Below, piece after piece: positions 38,550 to 50,253 of a stretch of 64,000 bases of DNA. The stretch is taken from IMG/VR virus record IMGVR_UViG_3300027715_000011, positions 12,279-76,278 of that record, one strand, 5' to 3'. The translations under genes and the position numbers were made by a program. Position 1 is the stretch's first letter. Each line of letters begins with the position of its first letter. This DNA is from a virus. Taxonomy: Duplodnaviria > Caudoviricetes. The notes beneath the pieces are model-generated. The model was not told where the DNA came from. It was given only the letters and a program-made list of their open reading frames with translations, and made no database searches.

Positions 38550-38815
38550 GATTCTGGTTATGGTTCGGGAATCATAAGGTCTATGCAGACTTTGATGGTA
38601 CTGAATGGACTGCTGAGTTCCCGGTGTTTACCCTTATACTCAACAGACAGATGCCTGCTATTATAGAGGATATGAAAGGACGATACACTCCTATCCCTGA
38701 ACTCTTTATCATGAACAGTATCAATGCAGCATTAGAGCAGTATAGCCTTAAACTTGAGCCTGAAACACCGTTTGTTATCACCGGTGAGATGCCGTGGCTT
38801 GAGTCTACAGTATAA
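38537..38815 (+). CDS. standalone X-domain protein (candidate peptidase partner or immunity)
   Basis: FGNHKVYADFDGTEWTAE.P...LN; overlaps the zincin stop. Confidence 0.6.
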   Translation: MLRMRFWLWFGNHKVYADFDGTEWTAEFPVFTLILNRQMPAIIEDMKGRYTPIPELFIMNSINAALEQYSLKLEPETPFVITGEMPWLESTV

Positions 38816-38854
38816 CGACCTCTTTTTATCTTGTAGTATCAGGTAATATGTGAT

Positions 38855-39475
38855 ATGGATTTCAGATCTATACGCCAGAAACTGTTGGTTGATCTTGCAC
38901 GAATATATGTCACGCATGGTAAACCCATCCCGAAAGGGGCAGTGATTCATAAAGGCGCCAGGAACGGTGAGTGGTATGAGTCAACTCGTGGAACTACGCG
39001 GATGGATCCTGACTACTTAAACCGTACATCGAATAGACATAATGATAAGCAGTATGCCATGGATTCTTATGGTCATGAAGAGGCATTTAATCATGCTCTT
39101 TCATGGGCATCAAACGGTGATGGAAGCGAATATGGATATAAATCACCTCATGAGTTCAAGAAAGGAGTAAAGAAACTGACTGATTTTATATCAATGTATG
39201 GATCATATCCTGAGTTTGGTGAGATGCAACGTGAACTAATGACTGCTATGAGAGATTCTGGATATAATAGTCCGTTTTCAAAATTGTGTAATTACTTCCT
39301 TGATCATTATGATAGATTTAAAAAGGAGAGAATATCACGAAACCCTGATTACAAGACTGGTGTGGGGAATGATACTGATAGATCAGAACATAAACGTAAT
39401 ACATATGGGGAACAGTGGCATTCTGAAGATCACCGAGTGGATAGGCGACGTAACCCAAAATATAAAGATGAGTAG
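38855..39475 (+). CDS. protein with leader motif (DLARIYVT...IPKGAVIHKGARNGEWYE)
   Basis: N-terminus aligns by eye with 3191..4582 and 35977. Confidence 0.65.
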   Translation: MDFRSIRQKLLVDLARIYVTHGKPIPKGAVIHKGARNGEWYESTRGTTRMDPDYLNRTSNRHNDKQYAMDSYGHEEAFNHALSWASNGDGSEYGYKSPHEFKKGVKKLTDFISMYGSYPEFGEMQRELMTAMRDSGYNSPFSKLCNYFLDHYDRFKKERISRNPDYKTGVGNDTDRSEHKRNTYGEQWHSEDHRVDRRRNPKYKDE

Positions 39476-39490
39476 CACCAAACTCTTTTT

Positions 39491-39895
39491 ATGGCAATAA
39501 TAGTCATAGATTTTGACAATACGATAACATCAGGCGAATCCTATCCGGCCTGTGATCCTATCAGACCTGGAGCGCCAAGGGTTATCAACAAATATTATGA
39601 TCAGGGTCACTGTATCATTATCAATACCTGCAGGTGTGGAGAACCGCAGGATGACGCAGAGCAGTTTCTGATAGATAACGGTGTTAAGTTCTGCCATATC
39701 AATCAAAACTGTAATATTCGGATAGAACAGTATGGGAATGATACCAGGAAGATCGGTGGAGATATCTTCATTGATGACAAGGATATTCACGTTATCTGCA
39801 GTGATTATGGTATTGACTGGGGTATGATGGATCTTAAGATATCGATGGCGTTACGGTATATTAATGCGACACCTTCCAGATGTAACCGGTATTAA
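39491..39895 (+). CDS. HAD-superfamily hydrolase (BT0820-like)
   Basis: IVIDFDNTI, NTCR.G, RKIGGDIFIDDK. Confidence 0.8.
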   Translation: MAIIVIDFDNTITSGESYPACDPIRPGAPRVINKYYDQGHCIIINTCRCGEPQDDAEQFLIDNGVKFCHINQNCNIRIEQYGNDTRKIGGDIFIDDKDIHVICSDYGIDWGMMDLKISMALRYINATPSRCNRY

Positions 39896-39932
39896 TTTGT
39901 ATTATATTTGATATATTACCGATTACAAACAT

Positions 39933-41063
39933 TTGTTCGTGGAACTAAATAAAATATATTGTGGAGACTCTTTGGAAGTATTGAAGACATTTCCTGATAA
40001 CTCAATAGACTGTGTTGTAACTAGCCCTCCTTACTTTTCTTTGAGATCTTACCTTCCTGAAGATCATCCTGATAAAGATAAAGAAGTTGGTACTGAAACG
40101 TCACCTGAAGAGTATGTAAACACTCTTACTATATTATTTAGAGAAGTGAGAAGAGTATTATCACCATCAGGTACATGCTGGTTAAATTTAGGAGACTCTT
40201 ATGCTTCTAATGGTATTTATATAGGGGATTATCTTAAGAATAAACCCGATCATACTGATTTACATACGAATCATGCATCAGCATACCCTCAAAAACTTAA
40301 AGGATTTAGAGGTGGGGAATATAATATTAAAAAGAAAGATTTATTAATGATGCCTCATCGAGTGGCTATTGCTTTACAAATGGATGGGTGGTATGTTAGA
40401 TCTGATATTACATATCATAAAAAAAACTGCATGCCATCCAGCGTTAAAGATAGACCAGTATCTTCAAAAGAGTATGTATTCCTTTTAACTAAATCACCCG
40501 AATATTATTACGATTGGGAGGCTATAGCCACAGAACCATCAGATAGTTATGTAAAAGATAAAAGACCTCAAGGTGTAATACGCCAGCGAGTGAATAAAGT
40601 ATCAAAGTATCATGATTGTGATTCAAAGATTGCTAAACAATTTATTAAAAATCCATGGCATAAATATTGTGATGGGGAAATAACTGAAGAAGAATATTTA
40701 GAATGGCATAAGAAACGATTTAATATAGAGGATGATACACAACGTAAGCAGGATGAAGTTGGTAGATCTGATTATACTGGATTTAATGATAGATATAAGC
40801 CAGTATCTAAAGTGAGAAGACGAGATGTATGGTCTCTGACTGTTCCTGGTAATAAATTAAAGCATTTTGCGATGATGAATGTTAAGCTTATTGATCTTTG
40901 TATTAAAGCCGGGTGCCCGGAAGGTGGAGTAGTTCTTGATCCCTTTATGGGCGCTGGGTCTGTAGGGCTTGTAGCCAAACAACTTGGAAGAAATTATGTG
41001 GGAATAGAACTAAATCCAGAATATGTAAAAATAGCAGAAGATCGAATAAATAATGATAGTTAA
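39933..41063 (+). CDS. DNA modification methyltransferase (N4-C/N6-A, beta class)
   Basis: GDSLEVL, VTSPPY, WLNLGDSY, HFA, VVLDPFMGAG. Confidence 0.93.
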   Translation: MFVELNKIYCGDSLEVLKTFPDNSIDCVVTSPPYFSLRSYLPEDHPDKDKEVGTETSPEEYVNTLTILFREVRRVLSPSGTCWLNLGDSYASNGIYIGDYLKNKPDHTDLHTNHASAYPQKLKGFRGGEYNIKKKDLLMMPHRVAIALQMDGWYVRSDITYHKKNCMPSSVKDRPVSSKEYVFLLTKSPEYYYDWEAIATEPSDSYVKDKRPQGVIRQRVNKVSKYHDCDSKIAKQFIKNPWHKYCDGEITEEEYLEWHKKRFNIEDDTQRKQDEVGRSDYTGFNDRYKPVSKVRRRDVWSLTVPGNKLKHFAMMNVKLIDLCIKAGCPEGGVVLDPFMGAGSVGLVAKQLGRNYVGIELNPEYVKIAEDRINNDS

Positions 41064-41112
41064 GGTAATATTGTAGAAACAAATAAATACTACCTATTGG
41101 AAACATTTAAGT

Positions 41113-43762
41113 ATGCGTGAAGTAGAACGAAATGAGCGTGCTCAGTTTCTTGATGTAGCAAAGGGAAGAGTCAAGCGTATCGGTCAGATTCTCACCAAGG
41201 CAAATGCTACCATCAAGTCACTTGAAGATACCAGGGATCAGTTAAATACTGTTATTAGCCGTGACCTTTCTGAACAGGGAGATGTAACGGTTGTCAAGAA
41301 TCTTATCAAGAAGATGAACATGGCTCTTGATGATCTTGAACATACAAGCTGATCACTTGTATAGATATCATTAACTTATTTTACAGCATATATCCAGTAT
41401 GGATATTGTGATGCAGATAACACCAGATACAACGTATATGGATGTTGTCAGGAACTATCAGATGGATAAGGATCTGGCGCATGCCAGATATGAGGTACTG
41501 CTTGATATCATCAGATGGGATAAGAAGAAGTCATCAAAAGACGAGTATATTGATGCAGCAGATCGGTATATTGCTGACCATACGTCAGAGTTCCTTAATA
41601 CATACCGGAATACATCGGTTGATATCGAGATACCGTTCAGGGCATTTCTGTTCAGCATAGCCAGGTCACGACGTACCTCGTTCTTTGGAAGAGGAAAATT
41701 CGACTGGCACACCGGCGAATGGCCTGATTTCTGGAAGATAGTAGGATTTGAAAGTTAATTTGTTGTATTATTTATATAGATTAAATAGAAACTATGTTGT
41801 ATGGAAGATACATCCTTTATATCAGTAATTGAGAAAGTTGACAGGATCAACGAACAGATGAGAGATGCTGCGGTAGGGTTAACCCAGACTGAATGGTTTT
41901 ACATCGACAAACTCAGGGATGATCCGCTTACAAACTTCAGTGCATACATTGATGCGGTAAATGAACTCCATTATCATGTAGAGTCGATCCTTAACTTTGT
42001 GAATGCAATGAATGAGGATCTCGGCATCACCCCTCTCAACGACTGTTGATGAAACCGTTTATCAGACATATACGAAATATCCCGGCTGGTAACCATATAC
42101 CCATATTAAATCCCATAGAGAAAGAGGATAACGGGGAGGTTAAATTACAGGAAACTCCCAGGGTGTTCTCATCCGACGATGACCTTCTGATAAAAGAGAA
42201 GGAAGAGAAGGACGAACATACTAAATGGTATGGGTATGATACAGTTAATACGAAGACAGGAATCTATAAGAAAGAGTTTGTGAGGAAGTTATGAAGTGTA
42301 ATATGTATATTGTTGATTGGATCGGTAAAGACGGAAAATCAAAAGGAACAAACGAGTCTTCATTCCGTTCTGACCAGGTATATTCAGGACGAATTACCAT
42401 AAGCGGGCTCACTCCGGAGCAGGAAGAGGAGTTACAGTCACGTATGGATAATGGTCAGCTCGTAAAACTTATTGTGGAGGCTGATGAGTAATGTACTTTG
42501 TAGGAGAGAAAGGTACCATAACACCGGTCGTTGATGTCCATGCCGTTATTGCATATGAGATACGGGAGGACGAGAACGGCTGTACCATTATAGCAAAGAC
42601 GTTCAGGCATGATCTTGATTATGTGGTAAAGAAGACGAAGACTGTTGATGAAGCACTTTCGTGGATCAAGAGTCTGGAGAAACAGGCAGATACCATAGGA
42701 TCCAGACATAAGGTGATTGAAGATGTTTGAGCCACAGGTGTTTGCAGAGTCTACCATAGGCTCTCATCTCTGGTCTGACACACCAAACCAGGTAAAGAAC
42801 ATCACCGAGATCAGGTTTTATCCGTCAAAGGCTCTCCTGTTGAACAGAGTATCAGATGAACTGATATTCCTGCCAGAGCAGTTGACTAGGTTCAACAATA
42901 CCGATGGTATCAAGGAGGATATCCTCAGATATGAGATAGCAGGGTTCATCTCATCTCTTGCAGCAGGAAACTGGGCATCGTTCATCTCTCTGATCAGTAA
43001 TATCGTAGCAATACCTGATGAGAAGTACACCAGTCTCTGGTATGATCTCAGAGATGTAGTTATCTCCCACTTTCATGAGAACAAGATCCTGTATGATGGG
43101 TTTGTTGATGTCATGAATGATGTAAAGGAGTATCCTGATATCATCAATAGGAACTGCAGTATTGTAGAGCAGATTCTCGCTAATAAAGAGATTGACTTCA
43201 AGAAACATACAAAGGTTACTGTTGAGAAGATATCTGATAAGTGGAGTAAAGGTATCAATGATACCTACCCGATGCAGGTATTCCAGCAGGATCTTATGAA
43301 TTGGCTCTATGAGTTCAGGTTATACTCTATCGAGGAGAGTAGATGAAGGACCTCTACATCGTCAACAAGGATGGTGAGAAACTATTGTCAGTGATAGATG
43401 GGTCATCGGTCACATACCTGAACATCAACTCACCAGATTTTGATAAGTCATTAACACTGATACTGCTCGGAACTGCTGTTACGGTGTTATCTGGAATCCT
43501 GTCATCTGATCCGAAGGTGATGTATAAAGGAGTACCTATCACGGTACCATGCTACTCATCGATCACCATTGTGGGTGAGGTAATACTGGCGTATTATGGT
43601 ATTGAAGGTACTGCCAGTTACCAGGAACTTACAACGAATACATTATATGCGCTAATACGCGATCGTATTGCAAATATAGAGTATAAGATGAAGGACATTG
43701 ATATAGCACAGACGACCAAAGAAACATCAGATCGTATCTTATACATCGGTGGATTTCATTGA
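41113..43762 (+). CDS. run of small and medium hypothetical genes (41113-41352, 41399-41758, 41801-42049, 42046-42294, 42291-42491, 42491-42730, 42717-43346, 43343-43762)
   Basis: Co-oriented, often overlapping ORFs; no recognisable motifs. Confidence 0.6.
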
Positions 43763-43798
43763 TTCTTTTTTATAAGTAGGGTTGTTGACCTATGATCC

Positions 43799-44158
43799 AT
43801 GGAACTGAATGGTCATTGGGGGATCCATACGATCCTCGATATAACAGAGTGTACAGACCGTATTGCAGAGCGTGACACCATTGAGCAGTATGTCAAGACC
43901 CTGTGTGATGACATCCTTGATATGAAGCGGTTTGGTGAGCCTACCATAGAGCGCTTCGGTGATGGGGACAAATATGGTTATACACTTGTACAGCTCATAT
44001 ATACATCAAGTATTACTGCACACTTTGCAGAAGATACCGGATCCATGTATATCGATATCTTCTCATGTAAACCATATAATCCAGATGCTGTGTCAGATTA
44101 TACAATTCAGACCTTCGGTGGCAAGATAGTAGCAAAAGAGGTTATATATCGTGGTTAG
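43799..44158 (+). CDS. S-adenosylmethionine decarboxylase proenzyme-like protein
   Basis: WGIHTILDITEC...LDMKRFGEP...GYTLVQLIYTSSITAHF...YIDIFSCK.Y. Confidence 0.82.
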   Translation: MELNGHWGIHTILDITECTDRIAERDTIEQYVKTLCDDILDMKRFGEPTIERFGDGDKYGYTLVQLIYTSSITAHFAEDTGSMYIDIFSCKPYNPDAVSDYTIQTFGGKIVAKEVIYRG

Positions 44159-45383
44159 GAAGAATTGTAAACAGTGTGGGAAACCATTAAAACTCTCCCC
44201 ATATAAAGCGAAAGAGTTCTGTAATAGAAAATGCGAAACATTATATAAAGAATCACACAATCTTATAAAAAAGAAATGTATAGGATGTGGCTGTATATTT
44301 GAGGTAGATAAGGCTCACAGACATCAAAAATACCATAGCGATGATTGTTATCATGTAAACAAACCGAAAACTTAATATATAACGTAATAGAAAACTATTT
44401 ATTATGGAATGTGACAAGTGTCAACATCATAGTGAATGGAAAGGCGGGCCATTCGATAAGATCCATTATTGTTGGTTTACCGGCAATCAGGTAGAGATGG
44501 ATGAGAAGTTTGTATGTCCTGATAAGAAAGATACGATAACACCTATTCTGAAAGACGTGATCACCTTCTGTTCATCATGCAATGCCATGGATCCGGCTTT
44601 TATATCTGACTATCTGTATCAGCAGGCAAAACAGTTTGAATCTATTGCGTTTGATAACAAACCTAATACTGATAATAAACTGAATCGGGATAGGCTTGTA
44701 ATGCAGTATGATGCAGAGACCAATACCAAGAAGTTCACTATATGTGACAGCAGGTTCTGTAACGGATGCCCGTCACATATAGTAACAAATCATGATCAGG
44801 TATTCTTTTGTAAGAGTCTTTCCAGTGGGTTTGTAAAGAATATCATCGTCGTTGATGGACATGAGATGATAATCAGACCGGAGGAGTGTAAAAAATGAAC
44901 GCTGATGATGAGAAGGCGATCAGGCAGTATATCGAGAAGATAGAGGATATACTCGAACGATCCCCTATCAGAACCGGGGATTATGTCATGAGTAAGATCA
45001 CCATCACCGGGATTATCCAGGGCAATAAGTATCTGGTGAGTGATGTAATCGAGACACAGGATGAGAGGTTCCTTGTTTTGAAAGGAGAGACCTGCTATAT
45101 GTATACAAGCAGTCCATATACCTATCCAGGGCCAACAGTTACGTGGGATACCACTCTGATGTCTGGATCAACTCCTACCATAACCAGCGACTCATTTAAG
45201 TATAACTCACCGGCGTATTCAGAGAGTAAACCGTTGAACTCAGTTGATGGTACATCCACGTCAAATGTTAAGGACTGGTTAAATGGTAGTGTGTCATGGT
45301 ATTCAACTACCGTATCAGGTAACTATATAGTGGTTGTACCTGAAACATTAGTAGAGAAAGTTGTGAGTGTGAAAGTAGAGTGA
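44151..45383 (+). CDS. three hypothetical genes; 44151-44375 and 44404-44898 are Cys-rich, plus 44895-45383
   Basis: CKQCG...FCNRKC repeats; CDKC... Confidence 0.6.
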
Positions 45384-46459
45384 TCGAGAATACCCGTATA
45401 CCAACATATTCAGACTGTGTTAACTTGGTAGAGTCAAATGTTGCCTTCATCAAGAAGATTGATGTGGTGAATGATATCCCGGTTGCATCGTTTAAATATA
45501 AGCTGGCTTCATATGGGGATTTCATATCCACTCCGTTTGCCCGTAATATGAGAGGCATCACATTCAGGGAAGATACAGAAGAACTTCTTGCGTTACCATA
45601 CTTCAAGTTCTTTAACTATAATGAGAACCCGCTCACAGAATCATCAAAGGTTGATAAATGGAATATCAATAAGATACGGGATAAACTTGATGGATCCCTG
45701 GTATACTACTATCAACTTGACGGTGAAGTTATGGCAAAGACAACGATGTCATGCGAATCATCAATGGCTGTAGCAACACTCTCAATGACTGATATAGAGC
45801 ATATCAGTACATTCGTTGAGGCAGGGATTACACCTATGGTAGAGTATACCTCACCTGATAATCATATTATTGTACCGTATCAGACAACCAGACTTACCAT
45901 GCTTGGTATGAGGGATATGCACACCGGAGAAGTATATGACTATGACCGGGGAGTATACCCACTTCCTGATGAGTATAGCGACGGGATGCACTCAACATCG
46001 GATATTATACGGTTCTGTTCAACATATGAGACTATCGACAGGGAAGGGTTTGTTGTCACGTTTCAGAACGGAGAGATGGCAAAGTTCAAGACTGATAGAT
46101 ATAGGGCGATGCATAAACTCAAGGATTCACTATCATACTCCACAATTGCTGAGCTTACGCTTATGGAAGGGTTAGACGACATGATCTCGCTCTTTTATAA
46201 TGATCCGGTGGCGTTGAATAGGATCAATACGGTATCTGCAGAGGTGCGGGATACCTGGAATACCTTGTGTAGTCAGGCTGAATCATTCTACAATGATACT
46301 TATACAAAGGAGAGAAAAGAGTATGCACTCTCTGCACTCGACCGGTTTGGAAAAGAGTCTCTGCAGTTTGGATATGCGATGAATCTGTATAATGGAAAGG
46401 ATAATATGGATAAACTTAAGCAGTCGTTTCTGATGCACCTAAAGGAACAAGATAACTGA
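45380..46459 (+). CDS. T4 Rnl1-type RNA ligase
   Basis: RGITF...KFFNYNE, DKLDGSL, EYTSPDNHIIVPY, REGFVV, KFKTDRY. Confidence 0.9.
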   Translation: MIENTRIPTYSDCVNLVESNVAFIKKIDVVNDIPVASFKYKLASYGDFISTPFARNMRGITFREDTEELLALPYFKFFNYNENPLTESSKVDKWNINKIRDKLDGSLVYYYQLDGEVMAKTTMSCESSMAVATLSMTDIEHISTFVEAGITPMVEYTSPDNHIIVPYQTTRLTMLGMRDMHTGEVYDYDRGVYPLPDEYSDGMHSTSDIIRFCSTYETIDREGFVVTFQNGEMAKFKTDRYRAMHKLKDSLSYSTIAELTLMEGLDDMISLFYNDPVALNRINTVSAEVRDTWNTLCSQAESFYNDTYTKERKEYALSALDRFGKESLQFGYAMNLYNGKDNMDKLKQSFLMHLKEQDN

Positions 46460-47134
46460 CGTCATATAACCCATACTTCCCCTCCCGATACTCTTTTACC
46501 TCACCGTTGAACTTCACAGGTGTTCCAGCATCACACGTCTTTATCTTGCTAAACCATCTGTACGGCACAATCACCCATATATGGTTTGCAATGAGTTTAT
46601 CAACACCATCACGTTTCACACTGTGAATACAGATACAGTTGTCAGCAAACATGTTGATCACGCTGCAGCTCAGTATACCGGTAAGGGTGAGCCTTTTTCC
46701 GACATAATGTCTCAGATCTTCACGGAGATCAAGAGTCTCTTTATACTCGGTATACTTGTTGAACATCTGCCGTTCATACTGGTTCATTTCATCCCCAAGC
46801 TCAGATGTGAAGAGTAACACCACTTTATAAACTGGTCAGCATTACAATCAGGTTGAAGAAACGAGCATACTACATGCACCTCTCCTGCAAATGCATCCCT
46901 GTTCCGCTCTTTATGAATCTTGATAGAATTATGATCATCTATCTCAAGGTACTCATCAACGGTCATGGCAGTTGTGGTTGATGATGTGGTACTGCTTAAC
47001 TCTAATCCGTATACCTCATTTATCTTTGCAATAAACTCTTTGAACCTGGTACGGCAGTGAGTGGTATACGTAACATCAATACAGATACAGTCCGAACCAT
47101 CAACATAGTTTGGACTGATACGGATATCTAACAT
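46416..47134 (-). CDS. two minus-strand hypothetical genes (46416-~46790; 46784-47134)
   Basis: ORFs converging on the RNA ligase. Confidence 0.6.
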
Positions 47135-47187
47135 ATCCTATATGTTGGGAGAGACAACATAAATATTATTGTGACAGAGATCTGATC

Positions 47188-50100
47188 ATGATACGTGTCA
47201 AGATTACTGATGCGGATGCGATAAAATCTCTAAAATATGAGAATGTGAAACGGTATCTTATCGATCATGGATGGAAAATTGAGGTGATGCAGGAGTATGG
47301 ATGCAGATGGTCTAATCCTGATTATGATGATATTCTGCTTGTAGCACTTGATATCGCAGGTGATTATGGCAGACGGTTAAACCATGCGATAGAACTCATT
47401 AGTGAACTTGAGAAGAGATCAGAACTTGATATATTCACAGAGATGGGTGGAGATCTTGGAATCACCGTATAAAGCATACCGGGTATATATCTGGGAACCT
47501 GAATACTCGACGATCATCTATGCCAAATCGGCATCTCAGGCGAAATCGAAATATTATAATGATGGTGAGTTTGGACTCGACTTCTTTGATGCAGTAAGAC
47601 AGATGGTGGTAAGGAGAGAAAAGGATAGAGATATTAACCAACCGCTAGAGTATATAAACCGGAGATATGGTACTTCGTTCATAATAGGGCAGCATATAAT
47701 TGCAGATAACGCACGAGGGTGGATCATCGGAGAGAAGAACGGGTACGTAAAGGTAGGTCATGGAAATGGACGAGAATGGGTATATCATCCATCTGATGTG
47801 AAAGCAATATGATCTACAAGAACTTCCTGTATATGGGTAGAGTCGATAGATCCCCGTGTGAAGTGATAAACGGGTTAATGAGTTATTATCCAAAACGGGA
47901 TAAGATCCATTACGCATTACAACCTGATATCCATTATGCGGAGAGTATATCAGCATATAACTTCTGGCATGGCGTAGAGTTATTATTGCAACCAACCGGA
48001 TACCGGCTACGCATGGAGGAGTGTCGTGGCCCTATGGGAGAATGGTCATTCCATGCCAGGGTAGAAGATAACTCAGGGTATATACCGATCCTGAATCTGG
48101 ATGAGAATAATTATAATTATCGGTCAGAGTATTACACGATGGATGGGAATATCTTCCAGGTGATCATCAATGCAGTGCAGGAATTTGTCGATGAATGGAA
48201 GAAGGAGAAGAAAAGTCTTATTATGCATAATATACTAACAACTATATAATGGCTAAATTGTATGAAACTATACCAAACGGGGATATCATCTACCATATGG
48301 TATGCTGCAAAAATGCATTTAGGTGTAAAAAGACTGCATGTAGACTGTCATGCACTTCATTTGTGCATGTTGATGAGATTACGGACGATGTATGAGATTA
48401 CTTTTATTAATTCTACTTATTGTTGTGCTAACCTGTGGATGCACATCAAGTTTTCCATGTGATGGCGTATGCGTAAACAAATATATGGTTGATCCCGGGT
48501 ATCATTCTGCGTATCCTATGTATTATGTGGTATACCAGGATGAGAATGGATATAACAATACCAGACAGGTAAGTCCCGATGCCTATGCCAATGCGTGTAT
48601 TGGAAAGCAGTATGTATGGAGCCCTATATGAGAGAATGTCCGTTCTGTCATTGTACTGATCTGCATCTTATCATGATAGATATCAGGCAGAAAGAGGGAC
48701 AGTTGGTGGCGATGGGATGTGATGAGTGTGGGACACAGGGGCCTACTGCATATTGTCAGTCAACTGATGAAGCGGCTATGGAACGTGTTGCACAGCATGA
48801 ATGGGATTATAACCCTAATGTTAGGTGTATCCATGAAGTATGTCTCAATAAAGAGACCGGGATCTACTACTGTAATGAGATCAGCGATCCTGACCTGAGC
48901 AGGTTCAGATACTGTATACTTGAGATGGTAGATCAACCCAAGTGCCGATGCTATGAGCCGGTTTGATGAAGCACTGTGTGTAGCCAGGTATGGTATATCA
49001 AATATACCCGATACCATTAATTATGATGTAAACATACCAGTTGATCCAGTACAGGATCTAGAAAAAGCAGTACGGTATATTACAAATCAGATGAGTGTGA
49101 TAGGACCGGAGATTCTCATCACTGTTCATGATGATTGTATTGGAGTATGGGATATATCAGTATTAAAGAGGCGCACATGGGAGACTTTGTTCACGGTAAG
49201 TATGTAGGAGAGAAAGAGCAGAAAGAGCATATCGTAGAACTTACTACGGTTGATGGTGAGAAGGTCAGGGTAAACATTACCGGTATTGCCGAGATATTAC
49301 AGGATTATAATGATGAACTGTATGATCTCCATATTACCATGTTAAAGGTTTTGCAACGGACGGATATCTTGATCGCAATGGTGGGGCAGCATATCAATCA
49401 TGATTATACATAGTCCGTCAACGTGTATGTGGTGCAGATTCTCAGAGAATATCAATAAAAATAAAGGGTTACCGCTGTACTTGTGCAACAGATCAAACAC
49501 GGTATGCATGGAACCCGTTATAGAATGCGATGCATTCAGGGATTACAGGGAGTGTAAGTATAGAGACGCGGTATGCCTGAAGTATGGGCATGTATGTAAT
49601 ATTGCCGGGAACCATGTTACATGCCAGAGATATTGTGTATCATTCGAGATGATAGGGAAGGTGAAGTATGAGGACGATGTATCAGCTTGACAAAAACGGA
49701 GAAGTGTACAAATCCAGGAAACAGGCGTTTATTAAAGCGTTTAGTTTATCAAGTAAACTGTATGAGAAGAGAACTATATCAGGGCCGTTATCAATCCTGC
49801 AGTTGCTTACTGATTTCAAGAGAGGGAATATTGCAGTAACTGAACGGAATAAGAAGCATAGTGACCGGTATATTGTGAATTACTATATGGTTACCGATGA
49901 CAAGACAAAGAACCCATATATTGTATACTCAAATCCACTCTCTAAAGTAGTTGAGTTTATGACAACCAATGGGAGTATTATCATTAAGGATATCATCATG
50001 GTGAAGATGTACTCGCTTACTGATATTGCCAGGTATGTATCAAGTATTGCAACGTATGATATTAATAAATGTAAATCATGCATCAAATCTGTGACATATC

Positions 50101-50222
50101 GCACACTTTTATTCACGAAGGTTGATGAAGGGATACCTGAAACAATCCTGGTGTGTTTCAAATATGGTAGTATTGTTACACCGATTAACGTCTCATCATT
50201 GCGGCTGAATTGCAACCAATAA
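47188..50222 (+). CDS. run of small hypothetical genes, including a Lar-like Zn protein at ~48625-48966
   Basis: Overlapping ORFs; CPFC...CDECG.QGP motif. Confidence 0.55.
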
Positions 50223-50253
50223 CTATTTTACCATACAATACCAAATAATTTAT

